Below, one piece after another: positions 18,385 to 26,878 of a stretch of 46,844 nt of DNA. The first letter of the stretch is position 1, and each line of letters starts with the position of its first letter. Under the pieces are notes generated by a model, which worked only from the letters and a program-made list of their open reading frames with translations, did not search any database and had not been told where the DNA came from. A program made the position numbers and the translations under genes. The stretch covers positions 1-46,844 of the forward strand of contig JAHDHJ010000003.1 of NCBI GenBank assembly GCA_020631375.1, in the 5' to 3' direction. Source of the stretch: Saprospiraceae bacterium (GTDB taxonomy: Bacteria > Bacteroidota > Bacteroidia > Chitinophagales > Saprospiraceae).

Positions 18385-18505
18385 CCTCTAAGGATAGGGT
18401 GTTCAATTTGTAAGAAACAGATGCCGCATTATTCCGAGACCTGATGTTTTATGCCGAAAATGGAATATAACTTATTCAGCAGATTGAACACCCTACCTCT
18501 AAGGA
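18385..18505. mobile_element. MITE-like element: 101 bp, 13-bp perfect TIRs, flanked by a 10-bp direct repeat
   Basis: TIRs TAGGGTGTTCAAT (18395-18407) / ATTGAACACCCTA (18483-18495). CCTCTAAGGA abuts both ends exactly (18385-18394 and 18496-18505). No ORF inside. Confidence 0.6.
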
Positions 18506-18686
18506 CGACTAATAATATATCAATTTTAATTATTCGATTTGATTAGAAATTAGCAGAGGTGCAATTAGGGAGAGTCACTATTTTTTAATTTTATTTAGTA
18601 GTATGAGATAAATTAATAGAGTACGAGCAAATTCGTAATCTTTTGGAGTAGTTATGAAGATGAGTTTCCTCAATAGGAATATTGTT

Positions 18687-18717
18687 TTGGTTGTTAGTTC
18701 TCATATGTTTACATTTG
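18687..18717 (+). promoter_or_regulatory. Candidate promoter of the methyltransferase-GT2-GT-C operon
   Basis: TTG at 18687-18689, a 20-nt spacer, then TACATTTG (TAnnTTTG) at 18710-18717, 45 nt upstream of the ATG at 18762. Confidence 0.4.
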
Positions 18718-18761
18718 TATAGATAAAAAGATAAATGAATGTAAAACCAAATAGTAAGTAA

Positions 18762-19583
18762 ATGCTAGATGAAGAAAATGAAAGATATAAAGCAGAAGAA
18801 GCATTTCATGATGATTGGGCTAAAAATGCAGATTATAGTAGCATTGATGTTATAAAAATGAATGAATCAATAACAGCGCCCGAAATGCAACAAATTGTGA
18901 AATTTATTGGAAGCTTAAAAGGTAAATCATTGCTGGATGTTGGATGTGGATTGGGTGAGGCTAGTGCTTATTTCGCATTGAAAGGAGCAAATGTAACATC
19001 AACTGATATATCTGGAGGGATGTTGGAAATCGCTCAAAAATTGGCTGCTCGTAATAATGTCCAACTTAAAACCCATAAATCAACAGCGGAAGATTTGGAT
19101 TTTAGAAATGGAGAAAAATTCGATGTAGTCTATGTGGGGAATCTCTTCCATCATGTTGAAATTGAGCCGACAATTCTTAATATTAAAAAGGTAATGAATC
19201 CTAATGCCATTCTGGTGAGCTGGGATCCCTTAGCTTATAATCCTTTAATTAATATTTATCGTTGGATTGCTAAAGATGTACGTACAGAGGATGAACATCC
19301 CTTTAAGCTTAGTGATATAAATTTATTTAAAAAACATTTTAACAAAGTTACAGTACAATATTATTGGTTGACTACCTTGATTATTTTTATACTAATGGTT
19401 TTGGTTCAATTCCGTAATCCAAATAAGGTTCGGTTTTGGAAAATTATAGTAGAAGAAGGAGATAAATGGAGTTGGTTGTATCGTCCACTTGCAGCATTGG
19501 ATTCATTTCTTTTAAGGGTGTTTCCATTTTTAGGTTTGCTTTGTTGGAATGTTGTTATTAAAGCTGAAGAACCAAAAGAATAA
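18762..19583 (+). CDS. Class I SAM-dependent methyltransferase with hydrophobic C-terminal region
   Basis: Motif I LLDVGCGLGEAS, motif II VTSTDISGGML, post-motif FDVVYVGNLFHH. C-terminal TM-like LTTLIIFILMVLV. Confidence 0.8.
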   Translation: MLDEENERYKAEEAFHDDWAKNADYSSIDVIKMNESITAPEMQQIVKFIGSLKGKSLLDVGCGLGEASAYFALKGANVTSTDISGGMLEIAQKLAARNNVQLKTHKSTAEDLDFRNGEKFDVVYVGNLFHHVEIEPTILNIKKVMNPNAILVSWDPLAYNPLINIYRWIAKDVRTEDEHPFKLSDINLFKKHFNKVTVQYYWLTTLIIFILMVLVQFRNPNKVRFWKIIVEEGDKWSWLYRPLAALDSFLLRVFPFLGLLCWNVVIKAEEPKE

Positions 19584-19633
19584 TTTGTTTAAAGTAGCTA
19601 TTTAGAGAATTACTACCCAAACCATTTCTTATT

Positions 19634-20566
19634 GTGACCAAAATATCTGTTGTAATACCCGTATATAATGAAGAGACCAATATTGATTTCTTATATAACC
19701 GTTTAATTAAGGTCATTGCCCAAATGGGATTGTCGTATGAACTTATATTTGTTAATGATGGGAGTAAAGATAAGACTATTGATATTATAAAAACATTGGT
19801 AGAAAAAGATAAGCAAGTCAAGTTTATTGATTTCAGCCGTAACTTTGGACATCAGATAGCAGTTACAGCTGGTTTGGATCTGAGTCTTGGTCAATCAGTC
19901 GTTATAATTGATGCGGATTTACAGGATCCTCCTGAATTGATAATTCAATTATATCAGAAAATGCAATTGGGGTTTGAAGTAGTTTATGCCAAACGAAGAA
20001 AAAGGGAAGGAGAGAGCTTTCTAAAGAAAATTACGGCAAAATGGTTTTACCGAATTTTGAAAAAAATAACTTCTATAGAAATTCCTGTAGACACGGGTGA
20101 TTTTAGAATCATAGATAGAAAGGTAGTAGATGTACTTAAAAGAATGCCAGAACATCATAAATTCATTAGAGGACAGATTTCGTGGATAGGATTTAATCAG
20201 ACCTATGTTGAATATGATAGGGAAGAACGCCACTCTGGTGAGACGGGTTATACATATTGGAAAATGATTAAGTTTGCCTTAGATGGGATTACAGCTTTTT
20301 CTGGCTTCCCTCTGAAATTGGCTACTATTTCTGGCTTCGTTATTTCAGGGGTAGCTTTCGTTGTTTTATTGCATGCCTTATTTACAAGATTAGTCTTAAA
20401 GGATTATGTAGAAGGCTGGGCATCAATTATTACAAGTATTTTATTTTTAGGAGGGGTGCAATTAATTTTTATAGGAATCATTGGAGAATATATTAGTCGC
20501 ATTAATTCAGAAGTGAAACGAAGACCTCTTTATATAATTAAAGAGACTAATATCGACAATAAATAA
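19634..20566 (+). CDS. Family-2 glycosyltransferase of the polyprenyl-phosphate sugar synthase type (GtrB/ArnC/DPM1-like)
   Basis: GTG start. ISVVIPVYNEE, FVNDGSKD and DADLQDPPE (the DxD region), with two C-terminal TM helices as in GtrB/ArnC. Confidence 0.85.
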   Translation: MTKISVVIPVYNEETNIDFLYNRLIKVIAQMGLSYELIFVNDGSKDKTIDIIKTLVEKDKQVKFIDFSRNFGHQIAVTAGLDLSLGQSVVIIDADLQDPPELIIQLYQKMQLGFEVVYAKRRKREGESFLKKITAKWFYRILKKITSIEIPVDTGDFRIIDRKVVDVLKRMPEHHKFIRGQISWIGFNQTYVEYDREERHSGETGYTYWKMIKFALDGITAFSGFPLKLATISGFVISGVAFVVLLHALFTRLVLKDYVEGWASIITSILFLGGVQLIFIGIIGEYISRINSEVKRRPLYIIKETNIDNK

Positions 20567-20573
20567 AGAACTA

Positions 20574-22832
20574 ATGAAAAGGAAAAGTAATAAACAACAG
20601 GAAAAAAAATCTCATAAAAAGCCATTAGCTCCTAATTTAGCACGTCGATCAAGAAAAGAAGGGAAAAAGAAGAAAGTTAAAGAATATACATCAAAATTAA
20701 TTTTTCCTGATAATTCTACAGTTAGTGATCATAAGCTGAAAAGATTGTTTCTTTATACCGCTATTTTAATTGCATTTATTACCGTTGGTTTAGCTATTAA
20801 TAGTGGGATAAATGGAGATGATTCATTTCAGAATGCTTACGCTGACAAAATTGTAGATTTTTATACTACCATGGGTAAGGATACAGCAGCCTTTTATCAC
20901 CCTAAGGGACCAATTCAATATTATGGGGGAGCATATGAATTACCAGCTAGTGTAATTAACAGAACGCTAGGATTAGAATCTATAGATGCTGGGTATCACT
21001 ATGTTCGACATATAATTAATGCAATGTTTGGAATGATTGCTATGATATTTATAGGGTTGATGGCCAAGGAAATAAGTGGCTGGCGTGCAGGAATCTTAGC
21101 ATTGGTTTTAATATTTCTTTCTCCTAGATTTTTAGGACATTCATTAATGAACCCGAAAGATATCCCCTTTGCTGCTGGTGTTTCAATGTCTCTTTACTTT
21201 ATAATGTGTTTAATGAAAAAAATGCCAAAGCCGGATATAAGAACTTTGGCTGGCTTATCAATAGGTATAGGTGTTTCATTTGGTACACGTGCAGGAGGCT
21301 TGTTAGTTATTGCTTATTTAGGTCTTTTTCTGACTTTGGCAATATTGATGAAGTATGGATTAAGAGGAATTCTGCCCAACTTAAAGCTACTTTTAAAATA
21401 TGCAGCTTATGTTATTGCCTCCATAATCATTGGTTTGGCTATAGGCATCTTGGTTTGGCCTTATGCCATTGTCGATCCATTCAATCATATCCCCGAATCA
21501 TTAAATGCATTGACAAAATATGCTATAAGTATAAAAATGTTATTTAATGGTGAGATGATACATGGGAATAAGGTTCCTCCTTATTATTTACCTGTTTGGA
21601 TTTTAAAAACTGTACCATTTTATGTTCATATAGGTTTGGTATTATGTTTAGTTTTCATTGTCCAGCTATTTAAGAAATACTCACCAATATTTATTCTCTT
21701 ACTCATTTTTACAGCTTTGTTTCCTATTGTATATGTGATAATAAAGGAATCTACACTATACGATGGATGGAGGCATTTAATCTTTTTTTATCCTTCTCTC
21801 GTGGTATTGGTCGCAGTAGCATGGAATTACATATGGGAGAGATATCATATGAAAAAGAAAATTATTGCCTACATTATCGCAGGTACATTAGGGTTGACAA
21901 TGCTAGAGCCTGCTGTTTTCATAATAAGAAATTATGCTTATCCCTATATTTATTTTAATATGGCAGGAGGAGGTTTGGCTACAGCATACGGCAATTTCGA
22001 AACAGATTACTGGGGTGTGAGCGTTAAACAAGGTATAGAGTGGTTAGAGAAGGAAGGAATTCTCCATGATAATATGAAAGATACCATAACTATTGTTTCT
22101 AATTTTTCCTACCAGTTGGATATATATGTCAAAAGCAAAAAATATAAAGATAATGTTAATACAAGCTATGTAAGGTTTAGGCAACGATATGATAAAAAGT
22201 GGGATTATGGTTTGTTTTTATCTCGATTTGTAAGGGGGACACATATCAAAAATGGAACATGGCCACCCAAAGACAAAACTATTCATACAATAACTGCAAA
22301 TGGAATTCCTCTTCTTGGAATATTAAAAAATGATAATTATAATGCAGCTAATGGAGTGAAATTAATGAAGGAGAAAGACTTTGCTAATGCGATTAATTTT
22401 ATGGAAGTAGAAACTAAGCAAAATCCTAGTAATGAAATTGCGTGGACAACTTTAGCGAATTCCTACCTTTCTACTAATCAACTTAACAAGGCTAAGGAGG
22501 CTGTAGAAAAAGCGCTAGATATAGAACCACAAAACCTCCAAGCCTTTAACATCCTTGCTTTATATTACTATAAAACAAATGACACCGAAAAAGCAATTCA
22601 AACGTTTAAGAGTAGCTTAGAGTTTGAGCCTAAAAATTCAATAGCTTACTATTATATAGCAGTAATCCTAGCCAATAAAAACGAATTGCAAGAAGCTTTA
22701 ACATCTGCTAAGAAGACTGTTGAAACAAACCCAAAATTCAAGAATGGGTATTTACTAGTAGCACAAATTTATCAAAAACTAGGCAATGAAGATATGGCAA
22801 ATAAATATAAAGCTGCCGCAAATAAATTATAG
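20574..22832 (+). CDS. GT-C fold membrane glycosyltransferase (GT39/ArnT/PMT-like) with C-terminal TPR repeats
   Basis: 752 aa. Lys-rich N-terminus, ~11 TM helices, an early periplasmic loop INGDDSF, and a C-terminal ~170 aa of TPR repeats (AWTTLANSYL..., AFNILALYYY..., AYYYIAVILA..., GYLLVAQIYQ...). Confidence 0.75.
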   Translation: MKRKSNKQQEKKSHKKPLAPNLARRSRKEGKKKKVKEYTSKLIFPDNSTVSDHKLKRLFLYTAILIAFITVGLAINSGINGDDSFQNAYADKIVDFYTTMGKDTAAFYHPKGPIQYYGGAYELPASVINRTLGLESIDAGYHYVRHIINAMFGMIAMIFIGLMAKEISGWRAGILALVLIFLSPRFLGHSLMNPKDIPFAAGVSMSLYFIMCLMKKMPKPDIRTLAGLSIGIGVSFGTRAGGLLVIAYLGLFLTLAILMKYGLRGILPNLKLLLKYAAYVIASIIIGLAIGILVWPYAIVDPFNHIPESLNALTKYAISIKMLFNGEMIHGNKVPPYYLPVWILKTVPFYVHIGLVLCLVFIVQLFKKYSPIFILLLIFTALFPIVYVIIKESTLYDGWRHLIFFYPSLVVLVAVAWNYIWERYHMKKKIIAYIIAGTLGLTMLEPAVFIIRNYAYPYIYFNMAGGGLATAYGNFETDYWGVSVKQGIEWLEKEGILHDNMKDTITIVSNFSYQLDIYVKSKKYKDNVNTSYVRFRQRYDKKWDYGLFLSRFVRGTHIKNGTWPPKDKTIHTITANGIPLLGILKNDNYNAANGVKLMKEKDFANAINFMEVETKQNPSNEIAWTTLANSYLSTNQLNKAKEAVEKALDIEPQNLQAFNILALYYYKTNDTEKAIQTFKSSLEFEPKNSIAYYYIAVILANKNELQEALTSAKKTVETNPKFKNGYLLVAQIYQKLGNEDMANKYKAAANKL

Positions 22833-22864
22833 AGGTTCTATCTAGGAATAGGTGTTGTGAATGA

Positions 22865-23004
22865 CTTATTCTACTTTGGTACTTTAGGACAGGTTAGTGG
22901 AATTTCCCTCCCTCGACCTGCGGCCGGTCCCTCCAAAGGGACAAAGTTATTGGGAACAGCTATATCCTTTTGGTTCATTTGTTAAAGCACCAAAGTAGAA
23001 TTAG
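22865..23004. repeat. Inverted-repeat-closed, GC-enriched ~140-nt element (structured RNA or decayed MITE)
   Basis: 13-bp perfect IR (22868-22880 / 22989-23001) extending to 19 bp with one mismatch. Core CCCTCCCTCGACCTGCGGCCGGTCCCTCCAAAGGGAC contains the hairpin GTCCCT/AGGGAC. No flanking direct repeat. Confidence 0.45.
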
Positions 23005-23018
23005 CTGTAAAATAAAAA

Positions 23019-23050
23019 AGCATATTGTAATCGTTTCATTACAATATGCT
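23019..23050. terminator. Hairpin terminator between the GT-C gene and the GNAT gene
   Basis: 13-bp perfect stem AGCATATTGTAAT / ATTACAATATGCT with loop CGTTTC, preceded by an A-run. Confidence 0.65.
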
Positions 23051-23085
23051 CTAAAGATAAATATTTCCGAACAGTTATTTTTATT

Positions 23086-23370
23086 TTATTTTCCATTCAG
23101 AATATCTCTCCATTTATCATTTTCCCTTGCTACCTTTTTTGTATAAGAACAAACGGGAACGGCTTTTAGCTGATGTTCCTGAATATATTCAAATGTTTTT
23201 TCTACCAATATTTTTCCCAATCCTTTCCCCCTGAGTTCGTAGGGGATTTCGGAATGGATTAAGTATAGGGTTTCATTTTTTAAAGTATAATTGACTTTGG
23301 CGATTTTACCTTCTATAGTCATTTCGAATTCTCGTTTTTCGGGGGAATGATTTATGGTTGATTCTTTCAT
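23086..23370 (-). CDS. Small GNAT-family N-acetyltransferase (YjdJ-type)
   Basis: 94 aa. LIHSEIPYELRGKGLGKILVEKTFEYIQEHQLKAVPVCSY matches the single-domain GNAT (R-G-x-G-x-G/A) of YjdJ-like proteins. Confidence 0.75.
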   Translation of the reverse strand: MKESTINHSPEKREFEMTIEGKIAKVNYTLKNETLYLIHSEIPYELRGKGLGKILVEKTFEYIQEHQLKAVPVCSYTKKVARENDKWRDILNGK

Positions 23371-23388
23371 TTTAATAATGTTGATGTT

Positions 23389-23440
23389 TTACATAATAAT
23401 CGTCTGACGAGTAGAAACTCGTCAGACGATTATTATGTAA
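23389..23440. repeat. Perfect 23-bp-stem hairpin (function unknown, terminator-like)
   Basis: TTACATAATAATCGTCTGACGAG - TAGAAA - CTCGTCAGACGATTATTATGTAA. It sits 19 nt upstream of the GNAT start codon and ~210 nt downstream of the GH3 gene. No T-run on either side. Confidence 0.5.
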
Positions 23441-23652
23441 TTAAGAATGACTTACAAGTTTTGCAAATTCAGAAACAAAAATTATTTCTTGTATATACCA
23501 AGCGGTATTCGCTTTGCAGGCCACCGCTAGTAACAATTGTCTGATATTCAGCAGCTACGAATTTCTCTGAATCCGAAAACTATTTAATCTTCAGTATAGG
23601 GCCTGTGTATTTCAAATTTATATTTTGTGGTTTTTAATATTTGTTTGAATGC

Positions 23653-24795
23653 TTACATTTTCTTTTTCATTGCTATGATCCTGTTATAACTTTCATCTAT
23701 TCTTGCTTCATTGATTTTATTTTCTTTAATCATTGATTTAATGTGATTAATTGTTTTTATGGCAATTTCAGGGTCATAATCTACTTGGAAAGAATTATTG
23801 GATAATAAAATGATATCCACTCCTGCATGTATTGCTCTTTCTATGGATTCTTCAAAACCATAATATTTATTAATCGCTCCCATTTGCATGTCATCGGAAA
23901 TGATTACTCCATTGAAATTTAATTTTCCTTTTAAATAAGTATCAATTATCTTTTTGGAAAGGGTAGAGGGGAAGGTGTCTAGTTTTTCATTATAGACATG
24001 GGCAGTCATAATGATGTCGCAATAATTATCTTTAATTAATTCCTCGTAGGGTTTTAATTCTTTTTCAGTCCATGTATCTGTTACGTCGGTGAAACTTTTA
24101 TGGGAATCCATATTCGCAGAACCATGTCCGGGAAAGTGTTTGGGAACACAAAGTATATTTTTCTTTTTGTGTTCTTCCATGAATATTTTAGAATTGTTAA
24201 TTACAATTTCTGGCTCGGCAGAGAAACTTCTTTTTATTTTTCCAATGACAGGGCAATCCGGATTAATATTCAGATCCACTACCGGAGCGAAATTCATATT
24301 GATTCCTAATTCTTTTAATTCACTAGCCATTTCCTTTGCCCAAAGTCTGGTGGAATCCGGATTGTTCAAATTGCCTATTTCCAAATGGGAAAGATGGGAT
24401 TGGAAACCGTTCTTTTCTTTGAGTCTTGAAATTAATCCTCCTTCTTCATCTATGGAAATGATTAATCTATTTGGGCTGATGTTTTGTAATTGTTGATTCA
24501 GTTTGATTATTTGTTCTTTAGAAGAAACATTTCTTTGGATGCTGTCTTTGGACGGGACATCCCAATTGTATAAAACGACTCCACCTACATGGTGATTTTT
24601 GATGAGATTGTAAATTTCGGAATTTTCATTGGCTTCGGTTCCTCGAAATCCGACCAATATCATTTCCCCTATTTTTTCTTCAAGGGAAATTTTCTTTTCA
24701 ATCATAGGGTTTTCTTCCTCGACTTTATTATTACAAGAAAAAAAGGATAATACAATAAGGATAAAAAAAACAGTAATAATTTTATTCTGAATCAT
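23653..24795 (-). CDS. Glycoside hydrolase family 3, beta-N-acetylhexosaminidase (NagZ-like) lipoprotein
   Basis: Lipoprotein signal MIQNKIITVFFILIVLSFFSC. GH3 motifs KHFPGHGS and ISDDMQM. Start placed at 24795 because the ORF-track start (24816) lies inside the upstream terminator. Confidence 0.85.
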   Translation of the reverse strand: MIQNKIITVFFILIVLSFFSCNNKVEEENPMIEKKISLEEKIGEMILVGFRGTEANENSEIYNLIKNHHVGGVVLYNWDVPSKDSIQRNVSSKEQIIKLNQQLQNISPNRLIISIDEEGGLISRLKEKNGFQSHLSHLEIGNLNNPDSTRLWAKEMASELKELGINMNFAPVVDLNINPDCPVIGKIKRSFSAEPEIVINNSKIFMEEHKKKNILCVPKHFPGHGSANMDSHKSFTDVTDTWTEKELKPYEELIKDNYCDIIMTAHVYNEKLDTFPSTLSKKIIDTYLKGKLNFNGVIISDDMQMGAINKYYGFEESIERAIHAGVDIILLSNNSFQVDYDPEIAIKTINHIKSMIKENKINEARIDESYNRIIAMKKKM

Positions 24796-24815
24796 TGATT
24801 TTAATTTTAAAAACA

Positions 24816-24850
24816 AAAATAGCCGAAATCTATTAGATTCCGGCTATTTT
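24816..24850 (-). terminator. Intrinsic terminator of the S8 peptidase gene, overlapping a TAnnTTTG box for the GH3 gene
   Basis: 16-bp stem with one mismatch (24816-24831 / 24835-24850). On the minus strand it is followed by TTTTTGTTTTT. The descending arm plus T-tract reads TATTTTTG (plus-strand 24814-24821). Confidence 0.75.
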
Positions 24851-24922
24851 ATAATTTGAGATGTGAAGATGTACAATATTGATCTTAAAATCTAAACATC
24901 TGACCATCTCTAAATCTATTTA

Positions 24923-26878
24923 TTACACTCTTAATATATCACCATCCCTAAAATCGAGATTGGCGAATAATTCTTCCGGCGGACCGGCATTCGGGACTAC
25001 GGTGAAATTGAGTGTGAATGCTCCTCCACCGTTTGCCCAACTGAATGTATGTTTGTCAAAATTCATTATTTTGAGGAAATAATTTCCGGGTAATAATTTA
25101 TCTATTGAAAATTCCACAAACATATCTTCCGTAATTTGTGCCTGGATGTCATGTGCTCCAAAGAAAGGTGTCGGTTCTCCTTGGTGTTTTACGAATGCGG
25201 TTAGGACTTTTGACATGTCATGATCCACGGGAACGCTTATGCTCATATTCAGTCTCTTCCCGATTTGATGGGTACTAGGAGAGAATTTGAACATGGAAAA
25301 TGGTTCATGGGCCAATATCTGACTTTTTATATCCTTTCCATAATTGTGTTTGAATGGTTTTACAAATGCCGTACTGGGCAATTCTGCCGGAGGATATAAT
25401 TTCAAGGGCATATTGAAAGCCATCCTGATGGCATTGGCGGCATTGATTCTTCCATGCCCGAAATTGGTCGAATGACCATTTGTATATTCACTGGCATCAC
25501 CTATTTTATCAGCAGTTTTCTCTAGGATGTTTTTTACTTCCATTGCGGTCAAATCCGGATTGGCGGATAATACTAATGCGGCTACCCCCGCCACTAATGG
25601 ACAGGCAAAGGAAGTTCCTTCTGCATTGAAGCGATAGAAATGATGATGTTGTTTGAAATCCAATCCTTCCATATCTTTTGCAGGACCCTTGCCCAAGGCG
25701 AGCAAAGTTCCATGTCTATTTATATGTCCCGGATCTGTGGTTGCCATCGTACCCGTATGCCCCCAACCTCCGGGAGCCACTACGGACATATTGGTTGTTC
25801 TATTTGTATAAGGGGCGAAAGTATCCTCGCTGGTTGTTGCTCCTACAGCGATTACATTGGGATGGTTTGCCAATTCATTGTCCTTTAGAAAGGAATAATC
25901 ATTGCCTGTGGCAAAAACAATGACACATCCTTTTCCGCCCCGCCCTTCGGTTGTACATTCCTTGATGGACCTTATAGCCAGAGAATCCATGGGTTGTCCC
26001 AGGTTTCCAAAACTGCAACTGATGACATCCCCTCCGTTTTTCATGATATATCTGAACATTCTTCTCAAATCCCTTCCTCCTGCGGTATTATATATAATAG
26101 GCATGAGTTTCGCATTCGGAGCCACGCCGACGATTCCTTTCCCATTGGATTTTGCACAGGCGATACCCGCACAGGCTGTTCCATGGTCTGCATTCGTAAA
26201 CATTATATTAGGATCGGAGCTTTGTCCGTCTTGGAAAATCTTAAAGGGTTCGGAGAAACCGAAAGGTGAAAAATCCTTTGGTGCGACCAATTTTCCTTGG
26301 AAATCCGGATGATCCAAGTCAAATCCTTTATCCAATACTGCTATTGTAATTGTATCTGATCCGATATTTCCGGTAATACTGTGTAGGAGTTCCCAAGCTT
26401 CTGTGACTTTGGCATCTGCTCCTTTTCTGTATTTCCAATCCTCATTTCCTAGGGAATCTTTGCCTTTATTGTCCAAATACCATTGGTGTTCTAATAAATC
26501 ATCTGTTGGGAGAACGAATTCATATTCTTTGCAAAGGATCTTAAAATCGGGTTCGGCTATCTTTATTTCGGCTAAACCTTGCAGATTGGCACAAAGTTGG
26601 ACTATTCCATCAAAAGAATCTGTCATTAAAAAAGCGATAAAGGAATCATTATCCAGTTTTTCGGAAACCTTTAGTTTGTTATTTTTTAATAATTCCTTTT
26701 TATAGGTGTCTGTCACTCGATGATCGAAAACCAAATAAATAAAACCAGTGCTTTGCAGTATGTTTTTTGATTTTTTTTCAATAAAAAATGATTTTTCCTC
26801 TTTTTTTGAAGAGTTTGGCACTATATATGATAATAAAGAGATGTCACCATGACCATATTTTAGGGTGAAAGGATTCAT
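24923..26878 (-). CDS. S8 (subtilisin-family) serine peptidase with C-terminal beta-sandwich (PPC-like) domain and no recognisable signal peptide
   Basis: Catalytic triad motifs IAVLDKGFD (Asp), NADHGTACAGIA (His) and EGTSFACPLVAGV (Ser), with oxyanion ATGND. The N-terminal ~170 aa look prodomain-like. The N-terminus MNPFTLKYGHGD is not hydrophobic. Confidence 0.88.
   Translation of the reverse strand: MNPFTLKYGHGDISLLSYIVPNSSKKEEKSFFIEKKSKNILQSTGFIYLVFDHRVTDTYKKELLKNNKLKVSEKLDNDSFIAFLMTDSFDGIVQLCANLQGLAEIKIAEPDFKILCKEYEFVLPTDDLLEHQWYLDNKGKDSLGNEDWKYRKGADAKVTEAWELLHSITGNIGSDTITIAVLDKGFDLDHPDFQGKLVAPKDFSPFGFSEPFKIFQDGQSSDPNIMFTNADHGTACAGIACAKSNGKGIVGVAPNAKLMPIIYNTAGGRDLRRMFRYIMKNGGDVISCSFGNLGQPMDSLAIRSIKECTTEGRGGKGCVIVFATGNDYSFLKDNELANHPNVIAVGATTSEDTFAPYTNRTTNMSVVAPGGWGHTGTMATTDPGHINRHGTLLALGKGPAKDMEGLDFKQHHHFYRFNAEGTSFACPLVAGVAALVLSANPDLTAMEVKNILEKTADKIGDASEYTNGHSTNFGHGRINAANAIRMAFNMPLKLYPPAELPSTAFVKPFKHNYGKDIKSQILAHEPFSMFKFSPSTHQIGKRLNMSISVPVDHDMSKVLTAFVKHQGEPTPFFGAHDIQAQITEDMFVEFSIDKLLPGNYFLKIMNFDKHTFSWANGGGAFTLNFTVVPNAGPPEELFANLDFRDGDILRV

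Noticed and set aside
18395-18495. TPP-riboswitch-like strings (GGGTG ... CCGAGA-CCTGAT ... TATGCCG ... GGAAT)
   Set aside because: The order and spacing do not fit the THI-box: there is no ACCC after the CUGAGA-like element and no P4/P5 geometry. The downstream genes are unrelated to thiamine. The region has exact TIR plus flanking direct-repeat architecture, which favours a MITE.
22859-23453. 10-mer GAATGACTTA at 22859-22868 and 23444-23453, bracketing the GNAT gene plus two hairpin elements (possible TSD of a cassette)
   Set aside because: The inner ends show no inverted-repeat relationship. Hundreds of 10-mer repeats are expected by chance in this window, and the repeat is not positioned against any recognisable element terminus.
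24888-24901. 14-mer AAATCTAAACATCT shared with 42076-42089, both just 3' of minus-strand stop codons
   Set aside because: In a 47-kb AT-rich window a few 14-mer coincidences are expected, the flanks do not align, and no structure is evident.
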